64,000 nucleotides of DNA, taken from assembly GCF_041641055.1 (NCBI RefSeq), contig NZ_JBEPZB010000008.1, positions 46,600 through 110,599 of the forward strand, given 5' to 3'. The notes under the pieces were generated by a model that was not told where the DNA came from, searched no databases, and was given only the letters and a program-made list of their open reading frames with translations. The position numbers were made by a program, and so were the translations under genes. This document shows, piece after piece, positions 59,492-64,000 of the stretch (positions are counted from its first letter, which is position 1; each line of letters begins with the position of its first letter). This DNA comes from Microbacterium sp. (GTDB lineage: Bacteria > Actinomycetota > Actinomycetes > Actinomycetales > Microbacteriaceae).

Positions 59492-59893
59492 ATGCGCCGA
59501 ACAGCCGCCGTGATCATGGCCCTGACGCTCATGATCGGCCTGGCCGGCTGCGAGACATACTGTCCGGCGATCGGATGGTCCAACAGCGTGCGAGTCGACA
59601 CCAGCGCGATCGACGGCGTCACCGACCTGCAGTTCTGCATCGATGAGGAATGCTCGCCGCGTGCAGACGGGACGCAGCCGACGGGCTCGGTGGCGACCAT
59701 GTTGCGGGCGGATCAGGACGGCGACGACTGGACGCTGAACCTCGATATGACCGCACCCGAGTCCGTCGTCATCCGAGTGTTCGCCGCCGACGGCACGCTC
59801 CTGGGGGAGTCGGAGCACACGATCGAGTGGACGCCTCCGACCGGCCAATGCGGCGGGGCGTCGACGGCCCCGCCGGTCGTTCTCGCGGGCTAG
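59492..59893 (+). CDS. Putative small lipoprotein
   Basis: Signal MRRTAAVIMALTLMIG with lipobox LAGC; TAGGGT -10 box 6 nt upstream. Confidence 0.7.
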   Translation: MRRTAAVIMALTLMIGLAGCETYCPAIGWSNSVRVDTSAIDGVTDLQFCIDEECSPRADGTQPTGSVATMLRADQDGDDWTLNLDMTAPESVVIRVFAADGTLLGESEHTIEWTPPTGQCGGASTAPPVVLAG

Positions 59894-60288
59894 TTGACCG
59901 GCCCGGTCCACTTCTCGCCCGGGCCCTTGCCGATCGGGTCGGGGATGGTCGAGGCCTCGCGGAAGGCGAGCTGCAGAGACCGCAGACCGTCGCGAAGGGA
60001 GCGCGCGTGCATGTCGCTGATCTCCGGAGCGCCGGCGGTGATGAGCCCTGCGAGCGTGTTGATCAGCTTGCGGGCCTCGTCGAGGTCGAGCTGGGCGGCG
60101 GCATCCGGGTCGTCGGCGAGGCCGAGCTTGACCGCGGCGGCGCTCATCAGGTGCACGGCGGCGGTGGTGATGACCTCCACGGCCGGCACGTCCGCGATGT
60201 CCCGTGTGGCGGATGAGGCCGCCTCCTCCTGCCGGGCCCAGCGCTCTTCGCGCTCGCGTGCTGCCTCGTCCGATGCCTGGTTCGTCAC
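59890..60288 (-). CDS. DUF1844 domain protein
   Basis: ADVPAVEVI...DLDEARKLI...LQLAFREAS...GPGEK; divergent from infC. Confidence 0.8.
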   Translation of the reverse strand: MTNQASDEAAREREERWARQEEAASSATRDIADVPAVEVITTAAVHLMSAAAVKLGLADDPDAAAQLDLDEARKLINTLAGLITAGAPEISDMHARSLRDGLRSLQLAFREASTIPDPIGKGPGEKWTGPVN

Positions 60289-60542
60289 TTCGCCTTGCCT
60301 TCTGTTAGACTGTGTCGGGCTCCGGAGCGTCATGCTCCGGCACGAAAGAGGATTCACTTCCCACCCGCGCTTGCCGTTCCAGGCTACCGGGTCTTGCACT
60401 CCACCGGCTTCGTCGTCAGACGGATCCGGCAGACAGGGTGTGGAGCCGGCGTCTGAATGCCGGTGGGTGGGGACGATTCTGATTTCGCCCGGGATGCTGA
60501 CAGCGTTCCGGTGGCCGAATCCCATCGTCTAAGGAGTTCCGC

Positions 60543-61169
<627 letters not shown>

Positions 61170-61240
61170 TTCCGCCCCAGAACTCCCGCACCGCGGGTTG
61201 ACACCGTCGCCTGAGAAGGCGCCATACGAAGGAAGAGAAG

Positions 61241-61435
61241 ATGCCGAAGCAGAAGACCCACTCGGGTGCTAAGAAGCGCTTCAAGATCACCGGCAGCGGC
61301 AAGCTGAAGAAGCAGCAGGCCGGAATGCGCCACAACCTCGAGCACAAGTCGAGCCGTCGCACCCGTCGCCTCAACCAGGACCAGGTTCTGTCGAAGGCAG
61401 ACTTCAAGGTCGCCAAGAAGCTTCTCGGCCGCTGA
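61241..61435 (+). CDS. rpmI: 50S ribosomal protein L35
   Basis: [21 protein letters not shown]. Confidence 0.97.
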   Translation: MPKQKTHSGAKKRFKITGSGKLKKQQAGMRHNLEHKSSRRTRRLNQDQVLSKADFKVAKKLLGR

Positions 61436-61468
61436 CGCGCCCGAACGCACGAATAGGAACACAGGAAA

Positions 61469-61855
61469 ATGGCAAGAGTCAAGCGGGCGGTAAACGCCCA
61501 CAAGAAGCGTCGCGTCATCCTCGAGCGCGCCTCCGGCTACCGCGGTCAGCGTTCGCGCCTCTACCGCAAGGCCAAGGAGCAGGTCATCCACTCCCTGGTG
61601 TACTCGTACCGGGACCGTCGCAAGCGCAAGGGCGACTTCCGTCGCCTCTGGATCCAGCGCATCAACGCCGCTGCACGCCAGAACGGCATCACGTACAACC
61701 GCTTCATCCAGGGCCTCGGCCTCGCGGGTGTCACCGTCGACCGTCGTATGCTCGCTGACCTCGCGGTCAACGACGCTGCGACCTTCACGACGCTGGTCGA
61801 GACGGCGAAGAAGGCTCTGCCCTCTGACGTCAACGCCCCGAAGACGGCTGCGTAA
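61469..61855 (+). CDS. rplT: 50S ribosomal protein L20
   Basis: [15 protein letters not shown] and [14 protein letters not shown]. Confidence 0.97.
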   Translation: MARVKRAVNAHKKRRVILERASGYRGQRSRLYRKAKEQVIHSLVYSYRDRRKRKGDFRRLWIQRINAAARQNGITYNRFIQGLGLAGVTVDRRMLADLAVNDAATFTTLVETAKKALPSDVNAPKTAA

Positions 61856-61869
61856 GCAGACTCTTCTTC

Positions 61870-61905
61870 ACAGAGGACGCTCTCCTTCGGGAGGGCGTCC
61901 TCTGT
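61870..61905 (+). terminator. Terminator of infC-rpmI-rplT
   Basis: 16-bp stem acagaggacgctctcc / ggagggcgtcctctgt with a C(UUCG)G tetraloop. Confidence 0.85.
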
Positions 61906-61958
61906 CGTTATCCCGTCGTTTGCACGGAGGGACGCCCGCGGTTCTCTAGACTGAGGAC

Positions 61959-62771
61959 GTGCTGGAGAACCCCCGTTCGCCCCGAGTCCGTGCTGTCGCG
62001 AAGCTGACCAAGCGCAGCGCGCGCACCGAGACCGGTCTGTACCTGCTCGAAGGCCCTCAGGCGGTGCGCGAAGCGCTGACCTACAGCCCCGAGGCGATCG
62101 TCGAGCTGTTCTCGACACCGACCGGCTGGGAGAAGCACCCGGACATCCGCTCGAAGGCGGCCGATGCCGACATCGAGGTCGAGTACGTCACCGAGTACGT
62201 GCTGAACGCGATGGCCGACACGGTCACCCCGCAGGGTCTCGTCGCGGTCGTCCGGCAGACGCCGACCTCTGTCAAGGACATCTTCGCCGCGGCGCCCCGT
62301 CTCGTGGCCATCTGCGAAGAGGTCAGGGATCCCGGCAACCTCGGCACGATCATCAGGGCAGCGGATGCCGCCGGTGCGGACGCCGTCGTGCTCACCGGTC
62401 GCACGGTCGATCCGTACAACCCGAAGGTGGTGCGAGCCACCACCGGCTCCCTCTTCCACCTGCCGGTGTCGGTGGGGGCCGAGCTCGCCGACGTCGTCGA
62501 GAAGGCGCATGCCGCGGGGCTGCGGATCCTCGCCGCGGATGTGAAGGGCGACGACCTGCTGCGCGCCCGAGCGGAGGGCGTGCTCGCCGAGCCCACCGCC
62601 TGGCTGTTCGGCAACGAGGCCCGGGGCCTCGAGGACGAGGCGCTGGCACGAGCCGACCGCGTGCTCAAGCTGCCGATCTTCGGCCGCGCCGAGTCGCTGA
62701 ACCTCGCGACGGCGGCGAGCGTGTGCCTGTACGAGAGCGCCTTCGCGCAGCGCGCCGCCACTGTGGCCTGA
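61959..62771 (+). CDS. TrmH/SpoU family RNA methyltransferase
   Basis: TPQG, DPGNLGTIIRAADAAG, FGNEARGL and ESLNLA. Confidence 0.92.
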   Translation: MLENPRSPRVRAVAKLTKRSARTETGLYLLEGPQAVREALTYSPEAIVELFSTPTGWEKHPDIRSKAADADIEVEYVTEYVLNAMADTVTPQGLVAVVRQTPTSVKDIFAAAPRLVAICEEVRDPGNLGTIIRAADAAGADAVVLTGRTVDPYNPKVVRATTGSLFHLPVSVGAELADVVEKAHAAGLRILAADVKGDDLLRARAEGVLAEPTAWLFGNEARGLEDEALARADRVLKLPIFGRAESLNLATAASVCLYESAFAQRAATVA

Positions 62772-62847
62772 CCCCCGTCGGTCCGCTCGACGCCTGCACG
62801 GCTGGTAGGTTTAGGCCTGCTCGAGCGGAGAAGGGGACCCAGAGTCG

Positions 62848-63516
62848 ATGAGGATTCTGATCGTGGAGGACGACGAGCGCGTCGCCGCCGCCCTCGAAGC
62901 ATTCCTGGCGCGGTCGGGCTATGCGACCGCCCGGGCAGCCGACGGAGCATCCGCTCTGGAGATGCTCGGGGCCGACACCGAGGTGGTGCTGCTCGATCTC
63001 GGACTGCCCGACGTCGACGGCATCGATCTGTGCCGCCGCATCCGTGGCCGATCCGAGGTGCCGATCGTCATCGTGACGGCACGGAATCAGGTGACCGAGC
63101 GCATCAAGGGCCTCCGAGCCGGGGCCGACGACTTCGTCGTGAAGCCGTACGACGTGCACGAGCTCCTGGCGCGGATCGAGGCGGTCACGCGCCGCTCGAG
63201 GCCGATGCGACCGGAGTCGGAGGCACGGGTGCAGCTGCAGGGCGGGGTCGTGGAGATCGACCTCGTGGCTCGTCAGGTGACGATCGATCGGTCGCCGGTG
63301 GAACTCACGCGCAAGGAGTTCGACATCGTCGCCGTGCTCGCCCGCTATCCGGGGGTGGCGGTGCCCAAGGAACGCCTGATCCGCGAGGTGTGGAACACCG
63401 ACTGGCGCGGCTTCGGTCACTCGCTCGAGGTGCATGTCGGCGCGATCCGCCGCAAGGCGGGGCAGCACAGGCTGATCGAGACGGTGCGCGGCGTCGGCTA
63501 CCGGCTGGCTGGATAG
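62848..63516 (+). CDS. OmpR-family response regulator
   Basis: IVEDD, LLDLGLPD, GADDFVVKP, LTRKEF and ETVRGVGY. Confidence 0.92.
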   Translation: MRILIVEDDERVAAALEAFLARSGYATARAADGASALEMLGADTEVVLLDLGLPDVDGIDLCRRIRGRSEVPIVIVTARNQVTERIKGLRAGADDFVVKPYDVHELLARIEAVTRRSRPMRPESEARVQLQGGVVEIDLVARQVTIDRSPVELTRKEFDIVAVLARYPGVAVPKERLIREVWNTDWRGFGHSLEVHVGAIRRKAGQHRLIETVRGVGYRLAG

Positions 63517-63522
63517 CGGACG

Positions 63523-64000
63523 ATGCGCCGCCGTCTCATCGTCGTCTTCCTGGTGCCTCTCGTGGCGATCCTCCTGTCGCTCGGGGGCACGGCCGCATGG
63601 AGCGCGACGCGCAGCATCCAGCAGGCCTTCTACACCGAGCAGCTCGGCGACCTCGGGTACTTCGTCACCAGCGCGCGTCAGGCCCTGAGGTCGGGGAGCG
63701 CGACCGTGATCGACGCCGAGGTGAAGCGGTTCGAGGAGGTGTACGGCATCCGGGTGTTGGTCTTCGACCTGGCCGGCGGCCTCTGGGCGTCCGGGGGTGA
63801 GGGCGACGACGTGCTCGCCGAGGACGAGGCGGCGAGGGTCGACCTCGCGCTCTCCGGACGTCGCGCCGAGGCGCCTGAGCCGGTGTTCCCGTGGATCGCC
63901 GCCGAGTCGTCGCTGGTGGAGCCCGTCTTCGACGACGGCGACGTGATCGGCGCGGTCATGGTGTCCGCTGACGTCGAGACGCCGCGTGCGCAGATCCTGC
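63523..64000 (+). CDS. Sensor histidine kinase, N-terminal part (runs off the window edge)
   Basis: ATG at 63523: MRRRLIVVFLVPLVAILLSLGG..., a TM helix followed by an extracytoplasmic region; directly after the regulator. Confidence 0.7.
   Translation, partial: MRRRLIVVFLVPLVAILLSLGGTAAWSATRSIQQAFYTEQLGDLGYFVTSARQALRSGSATVIDAEVKRFEEVYGIRVLVFDLAGGLWASGGEGDDVLAEDEAARVDLALSGRRAEAPEPVFPWIAAESSLVEPVFDDGDVIGAVMVSADVETPRAQIL

Overview
High-GC actinobacterial chromosome segment, most consistent with Microbacteriaceae (Microbacterium-like); the taxon is inferred from gene content and order. It is mostly core genome. In order: a self-contained mannitol PTS locus with its own EI, HPr and PRD regulator; punA/phosphomutase, lpdA, accA/accD/accE and maf; a NarL-type two-component cluster; an ABC exporter; pncB, murI-rph-rdgB; Ku/LigD; tRNA-Leu(TAG); a Tad/Flp pilus operon; prfB-ftsEX-smpB; lexA with a divergent LysM gene; a his operon interrupted by a MinD/ParA-like ATPase; and infC-rpmI-rplT. 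No CRISPR array, IS element, integrase or prophage was seen. The most striking unexplained feature is at about 19021-19180: a minus-strand unit of three consecutive hairpins with its own terminator-like end and no upstream gene to explain it. It lies between a response regulator/kinase/pseudokinase trio and an orphan ROK regulator, and is a candidate undescribed regulatory sRNA, possibly also encoding a 22-aa peptide. Other notable items are an ABC ATPase with a 355-aa basic-then-acidic disordered N-terminus, tandem DUF2510 membrane proteins with swapped ectodomains, a LigD lacking its phosphoesterase domain, and frequent leaderless-type promoters. All assignments come from reading motifs by eye; no database searches or folding programs were run.
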